Source: Rhabdothermincola salaria (GTDB taxonomy: Bacteria; Actinomycetota; Acidimicrobiia; Acidimicrobiales; Acidimicrobilacustridaceae). Taken from it: a DNA stretch of 64,000 bases. Each line of letters opens with the position of its first letter. The first letter of the stretch is position 1. Shown here in pieces: positions 1 to 9,766 of the stretch. Below the pieces are notes generated by a model. The model saw nothing but the letters and a program-made list of their open reading frames with translations. It was not told where the DNA came from and made no database searches. The position numbers were made by a program, and so were the translations under genes. The stretch is from positions 1,940,168 to 2,004,167 of the forward strand of contig NZ_JAJQXW010000001.1 in assembly GCF_021246445.1 (NCBI RefSeq). Direction: 5' to 3'.

Positions 1-2784
1 GACGAGGCCGTCGGCCAGCACGGCGCTCTCGACCGGGAGCGGCCGGTAGCGCAGGGCCTCGGCGCACCGGTCGTGCAGATCGGCGGCGAGGGTGGCCGAC
101 CCGAAGTCGGTGTCCTCGAGCACCGAGTGCACCAGGGTGCCGAACGCCTTGCCCCCGGGGACATCGAGCAACGGCAACGGGTGGAGCCCGGACTCGACGG
201 GTTCGTCGTCGACCGGGACGAGCGCGGGTTCGTCGTTGCCGCCCTCGGGGGGCAGGTCGGGCGGGAGGTCCATGAGGTCGGCGAGGGGCGGGGCCGGGTC
301 GGCCGGGTCCGGGGGACGGTGGGCCCCGGCGGCGTGGGCCGCGTGGGCGATGCCGGTGAACGACCAGATGGCCCACCGACGGTCGATCGGACGGTGGGCC
401 ACGGCCACCGACAGCTCGTCGGTCGGCGACGGATGCCGGTGGTGGGCCTCGCCGAGCGGTGGGGTGACCTCGACCACCGAGATGCGGCCGTCGGACCGAG
501 CGGCCAGAGCCGGGAGGTCGACCTCACCGTCACCCGCCCCTTCGAGCACGCGCTGGAGCTCGGACCGCCCCCCGCGCGGCGGTCGCGCCCACCACACGAC
601 CAAGCGGTGCTTGGCCCGAGTGAGCGCCACATAGAGCAGACGTCGAGCCTCGTCCTGGTTCTCCTCGGCGTTGCGCTCGGCGACGGCCTTCACGGGTCCC
701 GTGCCGGCCCCGTCGTCGTTGGTGGGGATGGCGTTGGTGTTCACGTACCGCGTGCCATCGATCCAGCCGTGCCCGATGTCGTTGCCGCTCGTGGTCTGGG
801 TCCACATCGTCGGGCAGAGCACGACGGGGAACTCGAGGCCCTTGGCCTTGTGCACGGTGAGGATCTTGACGGTGTCGTCGTCGCGGTCGATGCGGCGAGC
901 GAGCACCTCGGAGGCCACGCCCTCGTCGTCGGCCACGGTGGTGCCCGACAGCGCCATCTCGTCGAGGACGCCGAGGAGGGCCGCCGGGCTGGTGCGCCGA
1001 CCACCGGACGCGGTGTTGAGCAGCTCGGCCACGTGGTCGAGGTCGGTGAGGTCGCGTTCGCCCGTGGGCCGGACCAGCACCCGGGCGGGCAGCCCGGCAC
1101 CGCGCACCGCACCGAGCATCGCCGGCAGCCCCTGTTCGACGAGCAACCCGGCCCAGCGCCGAAGCTGTTCGGCGAGGTCGGCCATGGCGTCGTCGCCGAG
1201 GTCGACCATCGACGAGGCGTCGTCGTCGAAGAACCACCCCAGGGCGGCAGCCCGGGCCGCTCCGGGGCTGGCCGGGCGATCGAGGGCCACCAACAGGGCG
1301 CGCCACTGGCGGGCGGCGGCGCTGTCGAGCACGCTGTCACCGGAGCTGCGCGCGGCGGGCACACCCGCCGCGGCGAGCGCCTCTGCGTAGGCGTCGGCGT
1401 CGACGTTGGAGCGCACGAGGATGCCGATGTCCGAGGCCTGCAGGCGGCGACGCTCCCCGTCGTCGACCAGCTCGGCGTGCTCCAAGAGGCGCACGACCTC
1501 GGCAACGAGGTCGACCGCCACGCCGGCGCGCGCCGTCCGCGTGTCGTCGTCGCCCGGGCGATGACGGAACTGCAAGGGGGCCGGGTCGGCGTCGGGGCCG
1601 GTGTCGAAGAAGCGAGGCTGGCTGCTCCCGGGGGCCCCGTCCACCGGCCGAAAGGCCACCGACGGGTGGCCGAACGCGACGCCGGCGAAGACCTGATCGA
1701 GGGCCTCCAGCAGTGCCTGGTCGGTGCGCCAGTTGGTGCCGAGCCCCACGACCTCACCCCCGTGGCCGTGGGCGTACTCGAGGGCGGTGAGGTAGGCCGA
1801 CAGCTCGGCGGACCGGAACCGGTAGATGGACTGCTTGGGGTCGCCCACGATGACGGTGTCGACCGGGTCGGCGGGGCCCTCGAGGAACGCCCGGCGGAAG
1901 ATGTCCCACTGCACGGCGTCGGTGTCCTGGAACTCGTCGACCATCACCAGCGAGAACCGCTTGCGCAGCGCGGCGACGATGGCGGTGCCGGCGCCGCCGG
2001 CCAGGGCGTCTCTGGCCTCGGAGATGAGCCCGTCGAACGTGCGTCGCCGCTCGGTGGCCCGGCGGGCGAGGACGTCGGCCACCAGGTCGTCGACCAGGGC
2101 CGCGGCCTGGTCGAGCAGGGCCGCCCGGACTCGGGCCTTGGCCGTGAACCTCTTCCCGGTGTGTTCGGCCCACTCGTCGCAGTCGACGGTGTACATGCGG
2201 GCCGAGGGCATGCGCAGACGCAGCTTGACCGCCTTGAGCACCGCCTCGACGTCGAACGGCACGGGCGTCGAGTGGCCGTGGTCGCGGAGGAAGCGGTCGA
2301 CGACCAGCTCACGGATGTCGGTGTCGTCGTCGGTGATGGCGCCGGTGCTGCCCCCACCGCTGGCCACCACCCGGCTGCAGAACCCGTGGATGGTGGAGAT
2401 GGTGGCGGCGTCGAAGTCGGTCACCGCCGCGGTGACGCTGGCGAGGCGCCGCACTCGCTCCCGGTCGTCGAGCGGGTCTCCGTCGCGCCGACCGAGGGCA
2501 TCGAGCACGTCGTCGTCAGTGGGGGGGCAGCCGGCCGCCAGGTGGGCGGCCGCGGCCACCAGGCGATCGCGGACCCGACCCCGGAGCTCGGCGGTGGCGG
2601 CCTCGGTGAAGGTGACGATGCAGAGCTCCGAGGCGGCCAGGCCTCGTTCGGCGATGGCACGCGTGGCCAGACCGGCCAAGGCATAGGTCTTGCCCGTGCC
2701 GGCGCTGGCCTCGATGACGGTGAGACCGGAGGGCAGCGGACCGCAGAGATCGAGGTCGTGCAGCGCGGGGACGGAGCCGGTCAC
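1..2784 (-). CDS. recB: Exodeoxyribonuclease V beta subunit (RecB helicase/nuclease), 3' end runs off window
   Basis: Not in the ORF track because it runs off the edge. Manual translation from GTG 2784, which overlaps the recC stop (GTGA), gives MTGSVPALHDLDLCGPLPSGLTVIEASAGTGKTYALAGLATR...VTFTEAATAELRGRVR, then DEFQDTD, QSIYRFR and TVHKAKGLEFP UvrD/RecB motifs. Confidence 0.93.
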   Translation of the reverse strand, partial: MTGSVPALHDLDLCGPLPSGLTVIEASAGTGKTYALAGLATRAIAERGLAASELCIVTFTEAATAELRGRVRDRLVAAAAHLAAGCPPTDDDVLDALGRRDGDPLDDRERVRRLASVTAAVTDFDAATISTIHGFCSRVVASGGGSTGAITDDDTDIRELVVDRFLRDHGHSTPVPFDVEAVLKAVKLRLRMPSARMYTVDCDEWAEHTGKRFTAKARVRAALLDQAAALVDDLVADVLARRATERRRTFDGLISEARDALAGGAGTAIVAALRKRFSLVMVDEFQDTDAVQWDIFRRAFLEGPADPVDTVIVGDPKQSIYRFRSAELSAYLTALEYAHGHGGEVVGLGTNWRTDQALLEALDQVFAGVAFGHPSVAFRPVDGAPGSSQPRFFDTGPDADPAPLQFRHRPGDDDTRTARAGVAVDLVAEVVRLLEHAELVDDGERRRLQASDIGILVRSNVDADAYAEALAAAGVPAARSSGDSVLDSAAARQWRALLVALDRPASPGAARAAALGWFFDDDASSMVDLGDDAMADLAEQLRRWAGLLVEQGLPAMLGAVRGAGLPARVLVRPTGERDLTDLDHVAELLNTASGGRRTSPAALLGVLDEMALSGTTVADDEGVASEVLARRIDRDDDTVKILTVHKAKGLEFPVVLCPTMWTQTTSGNDIGHGWIDGTRYVNTNAIPTNDDGAGTGPVKAVAERNAEENQDEARRLLYVALTRAKHRLVVWWARPPRGGRSELQRVLEGAGDGEVDLPALAARSDGRISVVEVTPPLGEAHHRHPSPTDELSVAVAHRPIDRRWAIWSFTGIAHAAHAAGAHRPPDPADPAPPLADLMDLPPDLPPEGGNDEPALVPVDDEPVESGLHPLPLLDVPGGKAFGTLVHSVLEDTDFGSATLAADLHDRCAEALRYRPLPVESAVLADGLV

Positions 2785-5700
2785 GGTGCCCCCGAGACGC
2801 CCGACGGGCCGGCCACGGCGTCGGCGGTTGCATCGCCCGACGCGTCGAGGTCGGCCGTGCCCAGGACCAGGAGGGCGGTGCGTTCGAAGGTGCCCCACAG
2901 CCGCTCGGCCCAGCAGGCCAGCCGGGACTCGTGGTCGCCCCAGCCCTCACCCGATTCGTCGGGCCGCCGCGGCTGGGCGAGCACCACCTCGGGATCGGTA
3001 CCGAAGAGCTCGGCCACGAAGCGGTCGCCGGCCTCCCCCACGCCCGGGTGCTTGGACACGTAGATCGCGCCCGCCGCCGACGGTCCGCCCTCGTGGTACG
3101 CACGCGTGGTGGCGGCGAACGCCGGCACCGCGTCGCACGACGCCCGGCGGTGCAGGTCGATCGCGACCCGGAGCACTTCGGGGGCGTCGCCGGGGGTGCG
3201 CAACGCCACCCGTTCGACCGCCACACCCCCACCCTTGCGGGCTCGACCCACGAGCGCGACCTCCCAGGCGACCGACGGGTCGTGGGCGTGCAACAGGGCC
3301 GCCTGGACCCACGCCACCAGCAGGTCGCGATCCTTCAGCCGCGACGCCGTGAGGGTGAGGTGCTGGGCACCGACGATCCCGTCGAGCTGGCCGACGATGC
3401 GCACCGGCGCGCCATCGGCACCGGTGACGCTGACGTCGATGGTCACGGACTCGGGATCCGCGAGCGCACCGCCTGCCACCACTGTCGCGGCCGACACCAG
3501 GTCGTCGACCTGTTCGCAGGCCGCGTCCAGGCTCTCGTCGCCGAACGCGAGCGGGGGCACGCTGCCCCGGCGGCGCTGGGCTCTCGACCACTGGGCCAGG
3601 GCCCTGCTGTCCCAGGCCGCACCGCCTCGGAGGCGGTGGGTGAGCAACTCGTCGGACACCTTCCAGCGCTCGAGGGGGCCGAGGGTGAAGGGGATGAGGT
3701 CGTCGCGGGCGCTCGCCGCCTCGGGCAGGGACACCCCCAGGCGGTCCCGCAGCAGGACCTGGGCCGGGTTGCGGCACGCCGCCAACAGCTGGGCCACGGT
3801 GACGACGCCGCCGTCGTCGAGCGGCGCCAGGGGCTCGACGAGGAAGGACTGCCCGCGAGGCACCGGAGCTGCGCCGCCGCGTCGGGCCGAAGCCGCCTCG
3901 AGCGCGACGGTGTCGAAGCCCCAGGGCCCGTCGTCGTCGAGCCCCCGGGTGAGGAAGTTCCGCTCGGACCAGCTCTGGCGGGGGTGGTCGACGGTGATCG
4001 CCGCTCGCACTGCGTCCTCGGAGCCCTCGACCCGCGCGGTGGCGTCGAGCACGTCGAGGAGCTCGGCCACGGGCACCGCGGGAGGGACGGGGGCGTTGGA
4101 GCGGACATCGTGGCCGTCGCTGACGATCACCAGGCGCTCGCCGGCCGCCATCACGGCATCGAGCAGCTGCGCCCGCGCCTCGCTGCGCGGGTCGCGGTCG
4201 CCGACGCAGGGCGGGTCGGCGGTGAGGTCCTCAGCCGCGGCCAGTGCCCCCGCCCCGGTGCCGTCATCGAGACCGAGCAGGCAGATCACCCGGTGGGGCA
4301 CGCCCCGCTGGGCGGTGAGCGACGAGACGGTGACCGCTCCGGTGCCGAAGCGGGCTCGGCCCCCTCCCCCACCCAACCGGGCCCGGACCAGAGCGGCGAG
4401 ATCGAACGCCGCCACCTGCGTGGGTCGGGGTTCGCCGTCGACGGTCGCCTCGGAGGCGAAGTCGGCGAGGAGGCGCTCGAGGCGACCCCACTGCCAGGCC
4501 TCGTCGTCGGGGAGCCGGCACAGGTCCCCCACGGCAGCGGCCAACCGCTCGGTCCACGCGTGCACCGGCGCGGCGCGGCGCAGGCCCTCGACGGCGAGAT
4601 CGAGGCGGTGGACGAAGTCGGCCAACCGGCCGGCGATCTCGACGTCGCGACCCTCGACGTCGGCGAACGGCACGACGTCGTCGGGACCGAGGCGCACACC
4701 GTCATCGGCCATGGCCGCACCGAGGAGGAGCTGGTCGAGTCCGGCCCGCCAGGTGTGCACCTCGAGGTCGGCCGGGATCCCGAAGTCGGCGTGGTGCTCG
4801 GGCCCGAGGCCCCACCGCACGTTGGTCTGCTCGACCCAGTCGGCGATGCGATCGAGGTCGGCCGGTTCGAGGCCGAACCGATCGCGGACCGGAGGTCGGG
4901 CCAGCAGGCCGAGCACCTCGCTGGAACGGAAGCGACCGTCGAGCAGATCGAGGAGGCCACCGACCGCGTCGAGCAGCGGCGTGTCCTGGCGGAGGGTGCG
5001 GTCGGCGACGCGCACCGGGACAGCAGGCAGCCCATGGGCGGGGTCGCCGGCGAAGGTGGCTTCGACCAGCGGGGCGAAGCGCTCGATGTCGGTGCACAGC
5101 ACAGCGATGTGGCGGGGCTCGAGCGCCAGGTCGTCGTCCTGGAGCAGGTGCAAGATGGCGTCGCGGAGGACCTCGACCTGGCGGGCCGTGCCGTAGCAGC
5201 GGTGCCAGCGCACGCTGCGGTCGCCCCGGCTGACGACGAGTCGGCGGTCGAGACCGCCCGGCGGGGGCGGACCAGGCGGGGCGGCATCGCCGGCGACGTC
5301 GTGCTGCAGGCGCTGCAGCAACGACGACGGCTCGGCCTCGGGGCCTGCGGCGGTAGGGGCATCGACCGATGCGTCGGCCGCGGTGGCGGTCTCGAGCAAC
5401 AGCAGGTGAGCCTCGCGGGACGTGCGGCCCCAGCTGTCCACCAACGGATGGCCGCCCTGGGCGGCGAAGTCGTCCTCGCTGCGGGGCAGCGGCCGCGAGA
5501 CGCGCTCGGCCTCACCCAGCTCGTGGCGCAACCGGTGCCAGCGGGCGGGCGACGCGGCCGGGGCCAGCACGTGCACGTCGACGTGGGCCGACAGCGCGTC
5601 GAGCACGTCGAGCTGGGGCGTCGGGAGGCTGGCCAGACCGAAGAGGAACACCCGGGGCGGCAGCAGCTGGGCCACCACCACGCCGGCCACGGTGCCGGCC

Positions 5701-6269
5701 CGGCGCAGCTCGGCGACGAGGGCGCCGAGCCGCTCGGCGTCGCTGGTGCCCCCGAGGTCGGCGCGGACCTCGCGCCACAGGGCGGGTTGCCAGCGGTGGG
5801 GTGGGGCCAGCGTGGCCCCCACCGCGTCGACGTCGTCGCCGAGGCTCCAGCGCTGCACCATGGTCGGACGGTGCAGGGCGTAGCGGTCGAAGAGGTCGGC
5901 GATGGCCCGGGCCCGCACCGCGTCGGGGCTCTGACCGAAGTGGTCGGGCTCGTCGCCCAACGCCTCGTACACCGCCCAGGTGAGCGGACCCACCGACCAG
6001 GACCCGAGACCGCAGCGGTCGCCGAGCGCCCGGCGCACGAGCGTGGCGGGGAAGACGAAGTCGACGTTGGCCACGATGCCGTCGCCCGCGCCCGGGGCGC
6101 TGGCACCGAGGCGGGCCGCCAACCGACCGGTGAGCCAGCGCCGGAGCCCGTCGCCGGGGACCACCACGACCTCTCGGGCGAAGGGGTCGTCGAGCGGCAC
6201 CGCGAGCGCGTCGGCGAGCTGGTCCGCCAGGGGTTCGAGCGACCCCGCCACCGAGAGATGCATCGCCAC
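2781..6269 (-). CDS. recC: Exodeoxyribonuclease V gamma subunit (RecC)
   Basis: N-terminal 'LADALAVPLDDPFAREVVVVPGDGLRRWL...GIVANVDFVFP', plus 'RQVEVLRDAILHLL', 'IAVLCTDIERFAPLVEATF' and 'RGVPHRVICLLGLD'. Coupled to recB. Start is GTG 6269 (TAGTGT 7 nt upstream) or ATG 6263. Confidence 0.92.
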   Translation of the reverse strand: MAMHLSVAGSLEPLADQLADALAVPLDDPFAREVVVVPGDGLRRWLTGRLAARLGASAPGAGDGIVANVDFVFPATLVRRALGDRCGLGSWSVGPLTWAVYEALGDEPDHFGQSPDAVRARAIADLFDRYALHRPTMVQRWSLGDDVDAVGATLAPPHRWQPALWREVRADLGGTSDAERLGALVAELRRAGTVAGVVVAQLLPPRVFLFGLASLPTPQLDVLDALSAHVDVHVLAPAASPARWHRLRHELGEAERVSRPLPRSEDDFAAQGGHPLVDSWGRTSREAHLLLLETATAADASVDAPTAAGPEAEPSSLLQRLQHDVAGDAAPPGPPPPGGLDRRLVVSRGDRSVRWHRCYGTARQVEVLRDAILHLLQDDDLALEPRHIAVLCTDIERFAPLVEATFAGDPAHGLPAVPVRVADRTLRQDTPLLDAVGGLLDLLDGRFRSSEVLGLLARPPVRDRFGLEPADLDRIADWVEQTNVRWGLGPEHHADFGIPADLEVHTWRAGLDQLLLGAAMADDGVRLGPDDVVPFADVEGRDVEIAGRLADFVHRLDLAVEGLRRAAPVHAWTERLAAAVGDLCRLPDDEAWQWGRLERLLADFASEATVDGEPRPTQVAAFDLAALVRARLGGGGGRARFGTGAVTVSSLTAQRGVPHRVICLLGLDDGTGAGALAAAEDLTADPPCVGDRDPRSEARAQLLDAVMAAGERLVIVSDGHDVRSNAPVPPAVPVAELLDVLDATARVEGSEDAVRAAITVDHPRQSWSERNFLTRGLDDDGPWGFDTVALEAASARRGGAAPVPRGQSFLVEPLAPLDDGGVVTVAQLLAACRNPAQVLLRDRLGVSLPEAASARDDLIPFTLGPLERWKVSDELLTHRLRGGAAWDSRALAQWSRAQRRRGSVPPLAFGDESLDAACEQVDDLVSAATVVAGGALADPESVTIDVSVTGADGAPVRIVGQLDGIVGAQHLTLTASRLKDRDLLVAWVQAALLHAHDPSVAWEVALVGRARKGGGVAVERVALRTPGDAPEVLRVAIDLHRRASCDAVPAFAATTRAYHEGGPSAAGAIYVSKHPGVGEAGDRFVAELFGTDPEVVLAQPRRPDESGEGWGDHESRLACWAERLWGTFERTALLVLGTADLDASGDATADAVAGPSGVSGAP

Positions 6270-6437
6270 GCCGGCGACACTACCGACGCCCTGTGACAGC
6301 CCACCGCGGGGTCCCGCCACGGGGACGGGCCCACGGGCTCGACCCTGGTCGCCGGCCGAGGCTCGATGCCCGACCTCAGCTCTCGGCCGATGGCCCGACC
6401 TCGGGGTCGCGGCCCCGGTCCGCCGACCCCCATCCCG

Positions 6438-7295
6438 TCAGGGCAGCGGCACCAGGTCCTCGTGGGCGTCGAGCGGCAGGTCGCCGTCGATGGTGACGGT
6501 CATCTCGTTGGCCAGCAGCTCGGCGGTGCCGTCGAGCACGGTGAGGAAGGCGGTGTCGGCCGCATCGCGGCCGGTGGCGACGCGCAGCAGCGACCGGCGG
6601 GGGGCGAGACGGGTGGGGTCGAGCACCCACCACACCCCGTCGAGGTGGGCCTCGACCACGGCGTGGAACTCCATGGGGCTGAGCCCGGGTGCGTAGACGG
6701 CCACGAGCCGGGCCGGCACCCCGAGGGCCCGCAGGGCGGTGATGGCGAGGTGGGCGAAGTCGCGGCAGACGCCCTTGCCGGCGAACAGCGCGTCGGCCGC
6801 CGTGTCGAGGGGCCCGCTGGCGCCCGCTTCGTAGGCGAGGCGCTCGAACACCCAGTCGGCCACGGCGAGCAACCGGTCGGCGCCCGGCTCGAGGTGGCCC
6901 AGCTCCTGGGCGAAGAAGCCCATCATCTCGTCGGACGGGCAGTAGCGGCTCTGGCGGCGGTACACCACCTGCTCGTCGTCGAGGTCCCGGCGGGGGTCGG
7001 GCACCGGGGCACCGATCGCCCCGAGCACGGCCGCGTAGCTCATCTCCAGCCGCCCCTCGGACACGGACACCACCTGGGCCAGGCCCTCGTGGGCGGTGGT
7101 CATGGTGGCCACCGGGACGGGTGCACCGTCGAGGGTCACCACGAGCGACTCCTCCAGCCGGTTGCCGGCACTGGCCGCGGGAGCGACCTGCAGCACGACC
7201 TGGCACGCCGCGGTCACGTCGAGGGTGAACCCGCACGAGACCCGCCACAGGCGGTGCACCGCAGAGGTGGCGGCGGGACTGGTGGTGGTCGTCAC
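6438..7295 (-). CDS. Transglutaminase-like family protein
   Basis: SRYCPSD, GVCRDFAHL (catalytic Cys), FHAVVE (His) and LDPT (Asp). Start uncertain. Confidence 0.85.
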   Translation of the reverse strand: MTTTTSPAATSAVHRLWRVSCGFTLDVTAACQVVLQVAPAASAGNRLEESLVVTLDGAPVPVATMTTAHEGLAQVVSVSEGRLEMSYAAVLGAIGAPVPDPRRDLDDEQVVYRRQSRYCPSDEMMGFFAQELGHLEPGADRLLAVADWVFERLAYEAGASGPLDTAADALFAGKGVCRDFAHLAITALRALGVPARLVAVYAPGLSPMEFHAVVEAHLDGVWWVLDPTRLAPRRSLLRVATGRDAADTAFLTVLDGTAELLANEMTVTIDGDLPLDAHEDLVPLP

Positions 7296-7490
7296 GGGCT
7301 GGTCACGGGCCGGGGCACGGCTCCAGGGTACGGAGACCCCATCCGGTCCCGACGGGGCGGACCTCGCTCGCCCCGGAAGATCACACGGCCGAAACACTCG
7401 AGCGGGGCCCCCGCCGGATCGCCTCAACGGGCCCCGGCAGGCGATCGTCGCGGCGATGGACGGCCCCCCGTCCCACCCGGCCCACCTTGC

Positions 7491-8252
7491 TCAGGTCCCC
7501 TCCAGCCACTGCTCGAGGGTGGCGTCCTCCCAGTCGTCGGGCCCGTACACGGTGCGAGGCAGCGGCGTCATCACGTGGGTGGTCCCCCCGGTGGTGAACT
7601 GGGCCGACCGCCGTTCCCAGTCGACGAGACGCTGGTCCGGCTCGCCTTCGTCGCTCAACCCCCGCGCCGCGTCACGGTTGGCGCGCAGCCGCGCCTGGGA
7701 AGCGATGTCGGTGGCCCACACCATCACCACCTCGTGGGGGTTGGACAGCACCTCGTACAGGCCGGTCGGCTCGTGGCCGTACTCCCGCATGAGCGGCACC
7801 CGCGTCTCGGCCACCTCGGCGAGGAAGTCGAGGGCGGTGCCGGGTCGCACCTCGAGGATCTCGTTCACGAACAGGCTGCCCTTGACGCCGCGTGCCGCGA
7901 TCTCGTCGGTCGTGGGGCTGCCGGGCACCCCACCGCACAGGCGGTCGAAGCCACCGCTGCGCCACTCGGCCGCCTTGTCCCACCAGTCGCCGTAGAAGGC
8001 CTTGCGGCGCTTCAGGTTGAGGCGGTCGACGTTCTTGGCCCAACCCGTCCAACCCTCGGTGCCCACGTCCCAGATGTTGACGACCTGGGGCCAACGGCCA
8101 CCCCCGTAGGCGCAGACGTAGAAGGAGCCCTGCAGGCTGTTCATCTCCGGCATGCGCTGGACCGGGTCCTGCCAGAGGTGCTCCATGTAGTCGTACTGGC
8201 CCTGGCCGACCACGTCGACCACCTCGTAGAGGTACAGCGCCCTGTTCGCCAT
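7491..8252 (-). CDS. NIPSNAP-like (tandem dimeric alpha+beta barrel) protein
   Basis: Two similar halves (LYLYEVVDV.. / LFVNEILEV..), 'RWPQVVNIWD', and an RBS (GGAGG) upstream. Confidence 0.65.
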   Translation of the reverse strand: MANRALYLYEVVDVVGQGQYDYMEHLWQDPVQRMPEMNSLQGSFYVCAYGGGRWPQVVNIWDVGTEGWTGWAKNVDRLNLKRRKAFYGDWWDKAAEWRSGGFDRLCGGVPGSPTTDEIAARGVKGSLFVNEILEVRPGTALDFLAEVAETRVPLMREYGHEPTGLYEVLSNPHEVVMVWATDIASQARLRANRDAARGLSDEGEPDQRLVDWERRSAQFTTGGTTHVMTPLPRTVYGPDDWEDATLEQWLEGT

Positions 8253-8304
8253 TCGTCGTGGCCTCCCCCGTCAGCGTGCCCGAGGCCCGCAGTCTGGCGC
8301 GGGC

Positions 8305-8856
8305 TCAGCCGTCGACGGACGACGACGCACCGAGGGCCTCGCGCCACAGCTCCTCGACCAGCACCTCACCGAACAGCCAGCGCGCCACCTCGTCGAGGCG
8401 GTCCTCGTAGCCGGCGAGGCCCACCCGCAGCCGCACGGCCGAGACCGCCACCTCGGCGTCGACGAGCACCGCGCAGGTGATGGCCTCGCCGGGCAGGCCG
8501 AACTGGTTGCGAGCGGCCAACCCGGCCACGTCGTCGGGCGGCAGGCAGGTGGCGAACCACCGCTCCGGCGCCGGTCCCGACGACGACCAGTAGAGCCCTC
8601 CACCCAGGTCGCGCAGGGATCCGCCGAGCTCGACACCGGCGACCAGATCGAAGCAGTCGACGTTGCCGGGCACCGCGGCGGCCAGCAGCGCGGCGCGCGC
8701 CTGGCAGGGGGTGACGTCGGCGGACGGGTGGCGCGACACCACCAGGTCGCGGTCGCCGGTCTGCATCCTCAGCTCGGCACCCGGCACCGCGTGGGCCAGC
8801 ACCACCGTCTGGCGCAGCAGCGCCCGCTCCGCACCCGTCCGTCGCTGTTCGCTCAT
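8305..8856 (-). CDS. Hypothetical protein (183 aa), probably iron-regulated
   Basis: ATG 8856 has a GAAAGG RBS, the composition is protein-like, and a DtxR/IdeR-type palindrome lies immediately upstream. Confidence 0.7.
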   Translation of the reverse strand: MSEQRRTGAERALLRQTVVLAHAVPGAELRMQTGDRDLVVSRHPSADVTPCQARAALLAAAVPGNVDCFDLVAGVELGGSLRDLGGGLYWSSSGPAPERWFATCLPPDDVAGLAARNQFGLPGEAITCAVLVDAEVAVSAVRLRVGLAGYEDRLDEVARWLFGEVLVEELWREALGASSSVDG

Positions 8857-8870
8857 CCCCACGACCTTTC

Positions 8871-8888
8871 TGTTAGGTATACCTAACA
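8871..8888. promoter_or_regulatory. DtxR/IdeR/DmdR1-type iron box
   Basis: Perfect 18-bp palindrome TGTTAGGTATACCTAACA with a TTAGG-N4-CCTAA core. Positions 8868-8886 match the consensus TTAGGTTAGGCTAACCTAA at 14/19. Confidence 0.7.
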
Positions 8889-9006
8889 CCATAGGGAAGG
8901 CACCCGTGCGGAGCAAGGCTGGACCGTCGCCCGGGGCACGACAGGTCGGGGGACTAGCGTTCGGGGCACCGTCGGCGCCCCGTCCGGCAGCACTCTCGGA
9001 GACGAC

Positions 9007-9294
9007 ATGAGCGACACCACCTCCAACCCCACCGGTCCCGTCCCCACCAACCCGATGGCGGTGGGCGCGCTGGTGATGTCGATCTCGTCGCTGTTCTTCT
9101 GCGGACCCGCCGGGGTCGTCGGATGGTGGCTGGGGCGCCGGGCCGAGCAGGACATCCTGGCCTCTCCCCCGCAGCAGGGCGCCAAGATCGCCAAGGCCGC
9201 CAAGATCATCGGCCTCGTCGCCGTCGGCCTCTGGGTGCTGGGCGTGGTCATCATCGCCGTGATCGCACTGATCGCCGCCATCGGCGGCGACTGA
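9007..9294 (+). CDS. DUF4190-like small membrane protein
   Basis: 'TNPMAVGALVMSISSLFFCGPAGVVGWWLGRRAEQDI...GAKIAKAAKIIGLV', two TM segments, GGAG RBS. Confidence 0.75.
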   Translation: MSDTTSNPTGPVPTNPMAVGALVMSISSLFFCGPAGVVGWWLGRRAEQDILASPPQQGAKIAKAAKIIGLVAVGLWVLGVVIIAVIALIAAIGGD

Positions 9295-9304
9295 ACCGCC
9301 CGCC

Positions 9305-9766
9305 GTGCCCCGTCTCCTCGTGGTGCACCACACGCCGTCGCCGGCGACGCACACCCTGCTCGAGGCGGTGCTCGACGGCGCCCGCACCGACGAGCTCGAC
9401 GACATCGAGGTCGTCACCCGGCCGGCCCTCGGCGCCACCACCAGCGACGTACTGGCCGCCGACGGCTACCTCCTCGGCACCCCCGCCAACCTGGGCTACC
9501 TGTCGGGGGCGCTCAAGCACTTCTTCGACACCATCTACTACCCGTGCCTCACCGACACCGTGGGGCGCCCCTTCGGGCTGTGGGTCCACGGCAACGACGA
9601 CACCACCGGCGCGGTGACCGGCGTCGAGAAGATCACCCGAGGGCTGCAGTGGAAGCTGGTCCAGGCGCCCCTCGAGCTCACCGGCGCCCCCACCCGGGCC
9701 GACACCGATGCCTGCTGGGAGCTGGGCGCCTCGGTCGCCGCGTCGCTGGCCGAGGGGTTGGCGTGA
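9305..9766 (+). CDS. Flavodoxin-like NAD(P)H-dependent FMN reductase family protein
   Basis: 'LLVVHHTPS', 'ADGYLLGTPANLGYLSGALKHFFD' and 'VHGNDDTTGA'. Confidence 0.85.
   Translation: MPRLLVVHHTPSPATHTLLEAVLDGARTDELDDIEVVTRPALGATTSDVLAADGYLLGTPANLGYLSGALKHFFDTIYYPCLTDTVGRPFGLWVHGNDDTTGAVTGVEKITRGLQWKLVQAPLELTGAPTRADTDACWELGASVAASLAEGLA

Noticed and set aside
73..6296. Very long + strand ORFs (73-3063, 2931-6296) and similar ones at 14486-17767, 18333-21281, 22675-26124 and 32346-36581
   Set aside because: These are antisense or alternate-frame shadows of real genes, expected at this GC content. They have no motifs and R/G/H/V-rich composition. Only the tail 36054-36581 is a real gene.
6438..7295. 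Transglutaminase-like protein as the enzyme processing the PRFTG tag
   Set aside because: It has no signal peptide or TM, belongs to a widespread cytoplasmic family, and is not linked to either substrate.
7380..7395. ATCAC-N6-GAAAC, GlnR-box-like
   Set aside because: A single short match in the opposite orientation to the downstream gene is too weak to call.
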